64,000 bases of DNA, from NCBI RefSeq assembly GCF_041956535.1, contig NW_027192199.1, positions 763,693-827,692 of the forward strand, in the 5' to 3' direction. Origin of the DNA: Calcarisporiella thermophila CBS 279.70. Taxonomy: Eukaryota; Fungi; Calcarisporiellomycota. Both the position numbers and the translations under genes were made by a program. The notes under the pieces were generated by a model. That model saw nothing but the letters and a program-made list of their open reading frames with translations. It did not search any database and was not told the DNA's origin. Below, piece by piece: positions 13,377 through 23,824 of this stretch (position 1 is the stretch's first letter; each line of letters starts with the position of its first letter).

Positions 13377-13997
13377 ATGTCGTCATATTTATCTCTTCTA
13401 CATCCTATGGCCCGCCGTTCGTCATCCTTGTTGCCTACTGAAAGCTCCGAGAACAATAAGAGCGGCAACGAGCGCGTTGACCTGGCTGCCATCGTTATTC
13501 CACTTGCAATCATTGCCATAATACTTGTGGGTTGCATGTGGTACCTTTTGCGCAAGCAACGTCAGCATTTTACTCCATCTACTCTTCCAGTAAAAAATCC
13601 GCTGGCATCTCCCCGTATTGTAAATGTTTCCGCAAAAACTTCCAAAAACTGTGGAATGCTACATCATATGCAACCCTTGCATTTGGGGTCTCCACCGCCC
13701 GTACATATATCGACCGTCGAAAATGAGGAGCCATGGGTCAATGCTGATACTATTCTTTCGATTTCCCAGTGGAACGAACAATTGGCCTACAGTGGAGAAG
13801 TATCGCAGGTTAATGCTGCTCAACCGCTAACGAATGCTTACGCTGTTAAATTTGACGCCATCATCAATCCAATGATCGAGTGGGACGAAACTAGAGATGA
13901 GGAGGAAAGGCGATCCGAGGTTGGAAAAGTAGATCGAGAGAAGAAATTAGAAGCTTGCCAAAATTATTCTGCGCGTTTTAGAAGAGTGTCCTACTAG
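13377..13997 (+). CDS. Hypothetical single-pass membrane protein
   Basis: TM segment LAAIVIPLAIIAIILVGCMWYLL followed by RKQRQ stop-transfer; start codon uncertain (13347/13377/13407). Confidence 0.6.
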   Translation: MSSYLSLLHPMARRSSSLLPTESSENNKSGNERVDLAAIVIPLAIIAIILVGCMWYLLRKQRQHFTPSTLPVKNPLASPRIVNVSAKTSKNCGMLHHMQPLHLGSPPPVHISTVENEEPWVNADTILSISQWNEQLAYSGEVSQVNAAQPLTNAYAVKFDAIINPMIEWDETRDEEERRSEVGKVDREKKLEACQNYSARFRRVSY

Positions 13998-14333
13998 AGT
14001 AAAGAGAACAGAGTCTGTACACACCCACCGTGGTTTTCTCTGCATATGCGCTCAATTTCAGTATATCTCCTTTTTCCGTGCTTTTACAAATATTCTCAAT
14101 ATTTCTAGATTTTGTATGGCTATAGGTTATGTATAAAATAATAGACTAACGAAATCATTTAGATATTCTAAGTGACTAAGCAAATAGGCTTGTTTATGTG
14201 TTTTTCTTAAGTGATTTGTATAATGCGTATTTACTGTCACTTTTGCGGAACGAAATTATGAGCGTGAAATAAAAAAGCAGATCTATTAGCTATAGAAGGA
14301 CAAAACACATAAAGAAAAAACCAGAATTGCAAA

Positions 14334-14664
14334 TAGAATCTATGCTTCTCTATTCTTCTGTCGAATTTGATGATACTTTTTTCTTCTCATGGATATTGTG
14401 CCACATGTTCTGGACAACCAGGCGAGAGATGTAAGTATTATTATAGCTTGATCTCAAATTAGAAATTGAATCCAACTTACATTAGATTTAAAGGCGAGCC
14501 AGGTTAAGCCTACTGGAACAACAGCTGCCCAAATGAATGCACTGCGTACTGTTTTTGGCGTCCAACGAAAGTGTAGGTGAGTATTTTCACGCATAGCCGC
14601 CCATTTTTCAATGCTTGGGTCAATTTTAAGATGTCCTGATTTGCCAAAATTGAGTCAAGATTAG
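14334..14664 (+). pseudogene. Possible degraded small secreted Cys-rich (defensin-like) peptide gene
   Basis: Signal-like NLCFSILLSNLMILFSSHGYC, two canonical introns (14431-14493, 14577-14630), spliced ATCSGQPGERCEPG*AYWNNSCPNECTAYCFWRPT/KCRCPD with in-frame TAA at 14505 and a frameshift. Confidence 0.35.
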
Positions 14665-15075
14665 AAAAACAGATGGAGCAATCATTTCAAAAAAATTCAT
14701 GCTTTTAATATGAAAAATAAAATAAGAATGGATGTGGTTGCGTCCTTACCGTGATCGCCTGCCATGTTGGATATTTTGTTGCAATTTGAAAATGAGATGG
14801 CTACTTTATTACTTGCCCTGGCTCCAAAAAAAACATTACTGCGCCTCACTTATGAACAATAATGCAGCAATAAATTGCGGCCAAATTCTACGGCCGAATT
14901 TACAGCCGAATATGTCTTACTACTTACTCTCTTAATTGAAGGAAACGGATAAAAATTCATATGCTGGGCGGCGCAGTTATTGTTGTCAAAGGTAACAAGA
15001 ATTATCCCGAAAGAGCTATGAAAGCGAGTGTTCTTGTTAGCTTCAACGATTCAAACCAGGGTGACTCTACACATA

Positions 15076-16290
15076 ATGGAATCTCTACCGATACCAACAC
15101 AACCGGCCAATGGCCATAAAAACTATCCGAGGAAAACAACTTATAACATCGGGACTAGAAAATCTGCTTTAGCCCTTGCCCAGACTCACCACATCTTACG
15201 CGAGCTCCAGCGAACGTATCCTACAAATCAGTTTTCCATCACTGCTATGTCGACCACTGGTGATAAAGTGCTTGAAGTTGCATTATTTAAAATCGGTGAA
15301 AAATCACTTTTTACAAAAGAGCTGGAAGTTGCCTTGTTACGGGGGAAAATCGATTTCATTGTTCATAGTTTAAAAGATTTGCCGACAACGTTACCAGAAG
15401 GACTTGAAGTCGGGGCAATAACTGAGCGAGAGAATCCAAGAGATGCGGTAGTATTTCGTGAGAAGTGGCGAGGATATAGACTTGAAAAGTTACCAGAAGG
15501 ATCGGTCGTTGGAACAAGTAGCGTACGAAGAATTGCTCAATTAAGACATCTTTTCCCTCATTTGATTTTCAAGGATATCGTAAGTACAAAAAAATGATAG
15601 GCTTAATCCAATTTACAACGCAAGTGATAACTCGAGCTTATACTGATTTCTTTTTTAAACTCTTCTCTCCACCCTTCAAAGAGAGGCAATGTGTAAGGAT
15701 ATCTCCATATTTTTCTTACAAACCGTTCCATTAACTTTCCCATGTGTAATAGCAATACCCGGCTTTCAAAACTCGATGCACCTGATGGACCTTACGATGC
15801 TATTATCCTTGCTGTTGCTGGTCTGAATCGTCTGCATCTTTCCGATCGCATCAGTTATGTTTTAGAGGAGATGCTGCCTGCAGTTGGGCAAGGGGCTCTT
15901 GGAATCGAATGTCGTGCTGCAGATGAAGCAACTAAACTACTGCTCCAGTCGCTTGACCATCCTGAAACACGCCTGGCATGCATTGCAGAACGAGCACTAA
16001 TGCGCTATCTGGAAGGGGGTTGCTCCGTTCCTATTGGTGTGGATTCAAAGGTTGAAGAGGGACAGAGACTTATTCTTAAAGGTTTAGTGGCTAGTTTGGA
16101 TGGGAAGCGTGTGGTAAGAGCAGAGGCTGCGTGTGATCTTAGCAGCGATGGAGGAGTATTAGCTTCAACTGGAAAAGCTCGAGAACGCAATGATAAAGAA
16201 GCTGAGACGTTGGGCATAGAGGTTGCAAAATCGTTAAAAGAAAATGGGGCAGAGGAAATATTAAACGAGCTCACTTCTACAAAGACATAA
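15076..16290 (+). CDS. HEM3: Porphobilinogen deaminase (hydroxymethylbilane synthase); exons 15076-15579, 15682-15692, 15753-16290
   Basis: [58 protein letters not shown] with cofactor-binding Cys. Confidence 0.97.
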
Positions 16291-16589
16291 ATTATATATT
16301 CTTTACTGCTCCTCTCCGTCTCTTTTCTTGTTTCCTTTTTTATTTTTCCATGCAACCGAAGGGAAAATATAAATCATTAGCTTTCAATTGTTATTAAAGT
16401 GTTGACTTATTACTTGGTGAACTTTTTATTATATTTTTATATATACGTGCAGTGTCTGCTCTATGATTATTTTGTTTGATCCGATTATTATGAAATGGAA
16501 TCTTTTCTATTTTTATTTTTAAATTGCAAAAAAGGGATTCAGGCAAATAAGACGATTGGATTAAATATGTAAAAATATAATAGCACGTA

Positions 16590-16876
16590 AAAGGAGGAAG
16601 AGAAGGCGAGGGAAGGAAAAGGGGAGGGGAAAGGGGAGGGGTAGGGGAGGGGTAGGGGAGGGAGAGGGGAAGGGGAATGTTTATCCTTACCGCTATAAAA
16701 GAGTAAGGGGAACACACTGAATTCCACAAGAAAAATAATATTGTAGTAAGGATCAAATAATAGCAGACAAAGAAATTGGCAAAGGAAAATAAGGATCTGG
16801 GGACAATTGAAGGGAGGGAGTGGGGGATAGGGGGAGGGGAAGGAGAGGGGGAGAGAGGGGGGGAAGTAAGGGGAAA
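16590..16876 (+). repeat. Two polypurine (GGGGA/GGGGT)n tracts
   Basis: e.g. ggggaggggaaaggggaggggtaggggaggggtaggggagggagagggga and 16800-16875; lies between the convergent HEM3 and nucleoporin 3' ends. Confidence 0.8.
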
Positions 16877-16963
16877 TGTCAATAATTATCGCAATTATAA
16901 AACAAATTTATATAAAGAAAAAAAGCAAAAAAAATCAAAATTGGTTTTTAGGATCCGTTTTGA

Positions 16964-19214
16964 TCATCGCCTTACACGTCGTCGAGTCTTAGCTGTAGCA
17001 AATTTCCGTTCACCGGTATTCGGCGGCGCAAACCCGATTGCTGAAGTGGCCCCGAAGTTAACAGCCCCGGCTGGTGTTGCGTTAAACCCACCGACCATTC
17101 CTCCAGAAGCGCTAGAGGCACCAAATCCACCATTTGCCTGGCTTGGCGTATTGAAACCACTTCCAAACGTGAAGCTTTGCTGCGGTTGCTGTTGCTGCTG
17201 CTGCGGTTGCCCAACAGGCTGACCGAATCCTCCACTAGGGGCTCCGAAGCTAGGAGTCATCGTGCCACTGCTGGATCCAAATTGGAATGGGGTAGGAGGG
17301 TTGCTAGTTCCAAAAGTAGGAGTATTAGTGGTATTGGAGGAAGCCCCGAATGTGAATACTGGAGGATTCGAGTTATTTGAACTAAATAAGGGCGGATTTG
17401 TATTCGCGTTAGTAGGCTGCCCAAATGTGAGTGAGAGGTTGGAAGATCCTGTGCTAGTAGCTGTCGAAATTTGAGGTTGTTGCTGAGTTTGGCCGTTAGA
17501 GAACGGTTTGCTACCGAATGCAAAGCCTCCCTCTGTGCTTGTAGAGTTTGCATTGGTCGCCGACCCAAACGAGAAAACAGGTGGCTTTGCTGCATTGGTA
17601 GTGGAGGTAGCATCTTTTGTACCACCAAAATTAAAAGAGAAAGGCGCGTTGGTTGAGTTGAGTGTGCTCGTCTTTTCCCCCTCTGAAGTGCTTTGTGTAG
17701 ACCCAAATGTCAAGGGTACAGGGGTAACGTGCGGTTGCGTACCATTAGGCAGAGATGTTGCTTGATTACCTGTCGAAGGAGCGCCAAAGGTGAATGATGG
17801 AGTAGTAGTGGCAGTTGAGGAGGAGGTAGAGGGCAAATTGGCCTGAGTTGCGCCAAATGTAAATGGGGGTTTTGGTGGCCCGCTCACAACATCGGCGGTT
17901 GTGGATATTACAGAAGAGGCGGTGATGCCTAGGGAGGCGGGAGTGGTAGTAGAAGAGGAGGATGGTAGGATATCTGTTGACGTTGGTTTACTCGAGTCAG
18001 GTGCACCAAAAGTAAACGTAGAGGATTTCATCACAGTCGAGGTCTCAGTCGCCGTAGTCAAAGATTTCATGTCATTATTAGGGGTGCCAAAAATGAATGG
18101 AGAGATCTTAGTTGGTTCTGATGTGGCCGAAGGTGTTACCTCAACTGTGGTCACTGGCTGAGTGGTAGAGGTGCCAAACTTGAAGGTAGGTAGCTTAACA
18201 GAATCGGTGGTTGAGGGAGTCGCGTCGGAAGTACTGGTGTGCCCAAAAGAGAATGAAGGTATTTTCTGGGCAGAATTATCAGCGGTTGTGCCAGAGAGTG
18301 CTCCGCTAGTGGCTGGGGTCCCGAAAGTAAATGAGGCACCCGCATTTGTTTTAGATGCGTCTTCACTAGATCCTGGAGTAGCAGAAGGAGCTCCAAATGA
18401 AAGTGAAGGAGGTTTAGACTCTCCCGATGTAGTATTAGGAGTTCCAAAGCCGAAAAGTGGTTTAATATCCCCTTTTTTCTCCTTCGTATCTTGCGATTGA
18501 GATACAGCTGTAGCCGAGCCAAATGACAACTTTGGTACATCCGATGTTGATGATTTCTCGGAACTGGTGGGGGTTTTTTCTGCAGCAGAAGATGCCGAGG
18601 ACGACGCAGCTGTTGCTCCAAAAGTGAAAATCCCTGTTGCTGACTCAGTGCTACTTGTAGAAATGCCTTTACCAGTCAATGATCCGAGGATTGCGGGTGC
18701 ATTTTTCTCCTCAGTTTGGATTTTATTTTCTTTGTCCTCACTCCCTGATGCTGGAACAGCTATTGGCCCACCATTTCCGTCCATCGTTCCATTAATTGCT
18801 ATACGCTTCGCTTCTCTCTCTTGTACCTCCCGTTCCTCACTTTCATCTAGAGCAAAACGTCGTTTTAAAGATGGATCAGAGCTGATCTTGTCTGCGCGTT
18901 TTTTAGCATCCTCCAGCTCACGCCTTAGTTCCGCCTGTCTTGCTGCAACTAGAGCATGGCGCATCTGCGGTTTAGGCGAGCCAAGCTTCAAGCGACCAAA
19001 TTTATTGATACGCTTACTCGCTGTATTTAGCGGAGGAGTATAGTCCATATAGTAATAAGGGGAACGCGGCGTGCGCGGTGTCCCCGACGCGGTCTGTATA
19101 TGATGGAGCATCGATGTTAATATAGACGTATATTTGAATAATAGTTGGCCAAAGAAATCCAGGATTAAATTGAAATTATTCTTCATATACCTTCAGTATT
19201 GGTGTTGTTGACAT
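16964..19214 (-). CDS. FG-repeat nucleoporin, Nup1/Nup153-like (short first exon 19214-19191, then 19093-16964)
   Basis: Many FTFG/FSFG repeats; C-terminal basic motif RKFATAKTRRRVRR resembling the karyopherin-binding tail of Nup153/Nup1. Confidence 0.85.
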
Positions 19215-20170
19215 GGTTCACCAACTCCGCTACAACTTCTCCCTTCCGTTTTCCTTAGATGCTAGATGATTTTGTAAATGATCGTAGGTGCTATCGAATA
19301 TTATTCTAAACAGATGAAAAGCAGTGACGATTGAGCGTGATGTAATTGTATGACGTCATCAATTCGTATTGTTATTCTGGTGATCCATGCGCCTAAACGT
19401 GTTTTAGACCCTTTAATTTGTGATTCGGCCAAAACCCTGATCTGGCGAGCTGAAGAAGGAATTCAGCGACCTCATAAGCTCATATATAGAGCAGTATCAA
19501 TCAAATGATGTGTATTCCTATATTCAATGCTTAACTTTCTTTAATTATTCTCACTCATCTCAACGAATGCTGAATAATAGTAAATACACATTATCAATGC
19601 CAATTTCCTGTGATAAACAATGACCATTTTCAATAGCAAATAATGGTTCAAATGCCATGGGGAGTTTAGTGCTTGTGCATAATTGCCCTCTTGCGATATG
19701 ATATGGTTTGACTTAGCCTTTGGTTAAAGTCAAAATATCGTCCATCAGAAGCACATGGATTTTTCCATTGAGAGTTCTTTTTTGAAGATTAGACGCCTTG
19801 TTAGGAACTTAGTGGTTTTTCCCATTTCCCTGATGTAATTTTACCAGGGCGCATTTTCCTCTTATCGCGGGGTGGAGGGCCTAGATGGAGAACATTGGCG
19901 GGAGAATTTGGTCGTTTTCAACATTTTGCGATCTTCGGTCACCCTTTTTTTGGGAACTATTAAATATTAATTTGTGTTAGAAAATCTCCAGTCCCTTCTT
20001 TTCCTCTACATAATTCTCTTGCCCCTTCACCACACACACCCGTGTTGCTTCAGAGGGAGGATCGTTCTCCTTTCATTTCCATTAGTGCTGTCATCAATAT
20101 TATTTTCACCTTCTCGTTCTGAATCATTCATTCGTTCATTTTCATACATTCCATTTCATTAAATTTCACC

Positions 20171-20500
20171 ATGAATTACTTCTCTGCACTTGCTCTTCTC
20201 GCCCTTGTTCAATTCATTTATGCCATTCCCATTTCCAATACTCAGCCAGAAATTCTGACATCCCCAATTTCTGGAACCAATGAGGTAGAGCGTGATATTC
20301 AACGTCGAGCTGTTCTCACTTTTCTAGAGGAGGAAGGGTATATCGATGAGGGCGATTGGTACTACGAGGAGCTAGAGGAGCGTGACGCAGGCGAAGAAGA
20401 AGAGGAGGAGGATCTAGATGGAGAAGGTGATGAGGATGAAGATGAGGATGAAGATGGAGAATGGGCCGATAATGATTCTGATTATGAATATGAATTTTGA
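20171..20500 (+). CDS. Small secreted, highly acidic protein
   Basis: Signal peptide MNYFSALALLALVQFIYA-IP, dibasic QRR site, Asp/Glu-rich C-terminus with scattered W/Y. Confidence 0.8.
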   Translation: MNYFSALALLALVQFIYAIPISNTQPEILTSPISGTNEVERDIQRRAVLTFLEEEGYIDEGDWYYEELEERDAGEEEEEEDLDGEGDEDEDEDEDGEWADNDSDYEYEF

Positions 20501-21414
20501 ATGCTTTCATTTTATCTATTTTATATTTATGCTGTATGTTTGTCCTCTCACCTATATTTTTGTGATCTTATATTCATATTTTCTGAAAGTGCGGATAGAT
20601 TCCGAAAGCAGCATTTTATTTTTATAGGGAATTTCCATAGTGAATATCATATCTATACAATTGTTTTTCTCTTGTTGCATTATACTGGTTTAGAAAATAG
20701 AAGCCGGATTTCTCTGTTTCTCCTTGGCTCTTCTCCACCAATGTCTTATTCTGTTTTTCTCTTTTGATCCTTAGCAATTGTTTCCTAAATATCCATTATA
20801 CAATGTCATTAACCATTTTTGATATTTTGTGAATAAAGGAAAAGTCAATTTGTTGTAAAGGACGTCTCTATCCTCTATTGAAAACAAACTGCATGCTAAA
20901 TAGCATCATAAACCGCTCGCGGGGATCAATACAACTCGCTCTCTATTCTGCCTGGTTTCGCAACATGATTCCTTCGCGATCGATGCAATCTTCAGGGACG
21001 CGACATGGCCAAATTCACGCTCATCACATGCTTCAATGTCGGGTTAAATGTCCGATGCATCCTCCATTCTCGCATTGCATTTCAATTTTTGACGCGCGAA
21101 CCAGGGGCAAAAATTTTCTGGGAAATGTGAGGAAAGAAGATCTGCCCTAAATCCTTCAAATATTCTCCAGCGATCTTTTTCTATTGGGCCCAGCCATTCA
21201 GGTCCCTACGCTAAACTATATCTTCCGCCATGATCCTCGATTCCTTCTCTCTTCTTCTTTGTTTCTATTATTTTTCGAACTTCTTTACTCGTACCATTTG
21301 CTCTAGAGTGTATTTAGTTTCGGAAGGCTGTAATATAGTTAGATATATAGATATATAGATATATATTTTCTCGTTCTATTTTTCATTGCTCCGCTATTAC
21401 AATCTGTAGAGGAT

Positions 21415-22333
21415 ATGAAATATACTACTCTTGCAACCTTGTCGGCGTTGATATGCTTTATCACGCTCACTCAGACGGCGCCCATCGTCAGAAATGATGT
21501 TGTCCTTCAGGAGCGTGAATTGGGGCTGGAGAAGTTACCTATTATATCAAAGCTGGTTGAAGAGTATGTATTATTTTTCGTCATGATAGTTCAAGACTTC
21601 AATCGCTCATCATGAGATTTTTAAATGTATAAATAGTGATGAAAAAATAGTGAGGGGAACTGGAGAGGCCACAGAAGCCGGAGTAGCCAATGAAGAGAAA
21701 ATGGTTAAAGAGGTGGAGGGCGAAGAGGAAGATAACAATGCCTTTGAAAAGAGAGGATGGATGCGCGAGGATATACAACGGGATAAGCTTCGCTTGAATG
21801 AAAAAGACATGCAAGCGAAAGAACAATATCGCCGACAGCCTATATATAAGCGTCAGACCGAGGCATCCGCTCACCTTACATTCAAACCTCCGATGCAAGC
21901 GCGACTTTTGATGCCAGAGAGCATGATCGATAATCCTATGCAAGCGGTAGGTGAGATGCCTCTAAATGAGGCACTTGGGATGATTTCTATGCCAAATATG
22001 CGCAAACGTCAGCTGCCAATTATTGGGTCTCTGCTTGGAGGATCTGGAGAGACACCCGCAGCACCACAACCTCAACCCCAGGCTCCAGCTCAGGCACCAT
22101 CCATGGAAGCACAAAGTACGCCTCATGAGAAATCCAGAAAATCCTCTCAGACCATAAATCATCGAAGGCAACTTGATAAGTTGCCCACTGATAATCTTCC
22201 TCTCACGGGATCCTCCAGTGACGATGAGGATGATGTGGACACCATCGATGATCAACGTGGGGATAAAGTTGGAGTTAAAAATAAGAAGCCAGCTGGGCCG
22301 CTTGGAATGGTGAAGGGATTGCTTCCAATCTAA
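21415..22333 (+). CDS. Secreted protein with several Kex2-type dibasic sites (exons 21415-21563, 21637-22333)
   Basis: Signal MKYTTLATLSALICFITLTQT-AP; intron gtatgt..aatag; sites EKR-G, YRR-Q, YKR-Q, RKR-Q, HRR-Q; recurring (K/Q)LP(I/T) motif. Confidence 0.8.
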
Positions 22334-23824
22334 ACTTTTATATTTTCTTCTAGATTCTTGTTATATTTTTTAAAGTATAAAAATCTATATCTACTACATT
22401 ATTGAATAATAAATATTTTGAATACGTTGTAAAATTATTCCTTCAAGCTAGAATTTTGGCGTTTAAAGATATTTTTTCAATACAAAGACGCCACAAAGTT
22501 ATATTACTTTTACAACTAATTTGTATGAGTAGCCATAAATGCTTTCGTTACATGAGAGAACCTTTCACATTTGGATAGAGAACGTGAGAAGTTGAAATAT
22601 TGGATGGCTATTTACTACCAAAGAAAAATAAGCCGATCTTAATTTATCTCATTTATTTTATAGCCCATATGGAATCTATCATCTCTTCTATAAACTCTCT
22701 CCATATACTTTATGCTTGTATTTGGTGGGAATTGAGTTTGAATAACGGTGCGAAAAGGGCTTCCAGAATCAATACTGTTATGATAAAGCGTTAATATACG
22801 CAGCAGAGGTATAGCCTAATGATTCTCATTTCATTCTAGTTCCCTTTTCCACTTCATAAGGTTCTCTATTTTTTATTTATTTAGTATACATCGATTATAC
22901 AGTTTGGATAGAAATATAAAGCCCCTTTATTCATTTATTATTTGATTTTCCTTGCTTCTAGAGTTTAACTAGGAAACTCCTCTACTTTTTTGTCGATATC
23001 CGTCCTCCTCCTCTTTCTTTTTCTCCATTTCTTCAACCCTAATCGACACGATATTTATGGCCACAATTGGGATAATAACACGCCTGTGTATATAGGTAGG
23101 GAAAAAAAGGTACGCAACAAAAGTAATTGGAGCAGAGAATACTATGATAGTAGTTCTGATCTGGAACAATTTGGTTTCATATCAATAATCATTTGTAGCG
23201 ATCTTTGGTGGATTTCAACGCTGCAATACGTTCATCACGACGTTGATTATCTATTCTCTCTTTAAACGTGTCATCTCCTTAGTTAGCATTTATGATGGGA
23301 ATCTCACGATGTGTCATTGGATATGGTTCAGGTGAATTTTAACAGAATTTCAGGGAAAGGGAAATTGTTTTCGTTTGAAACACATTTTCAGCGAAAACAA
23401 TTTGAACAAAGTCGATTATAGCCGACAAAAGACGAAGAACAACAAAAAAAAGTGAGAGGTTTTCATATATGAAGATCTACCTTCATTTCTTTTCAAGCAC
23501 ATTATAGTTATATGACTGTCTTGGGCCTTTGTGTGCTTTTCCGACTTTATAAAAAGAGGAGCAATAGGAGATTCCCTCACTCCACACACTTTTCTCTCTC
23601 CACGCGATCCCACTCATTAAAGAAAAACAGGGTCTTCAGCTGCCTTCGTTTTCCTTTCACTTTTTTTTTGCATTTTTCACTTCGCATTTCCACGTCGCAA
23701 CTCCCCCCTTCACTCTCAACCCTCACTCTAGCATTTTCACTTTTGCATCTTCTCTTTCTTTCACTTCAAATCCTTTAGTCTGCACTTGACATTATTTCTG
23801 CATTTAAGCCTATCTCCTTTCAAA

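Noticed and set aside
16394-16882. Pro-rich 162-aa ORF
   Set aside because: Translation of the polypurine tracts; no coding evidence
21341-21366. (AGATATAT)n microsatellite
   Set aside because: Short simple repeat in a 5' region with no evidence of function
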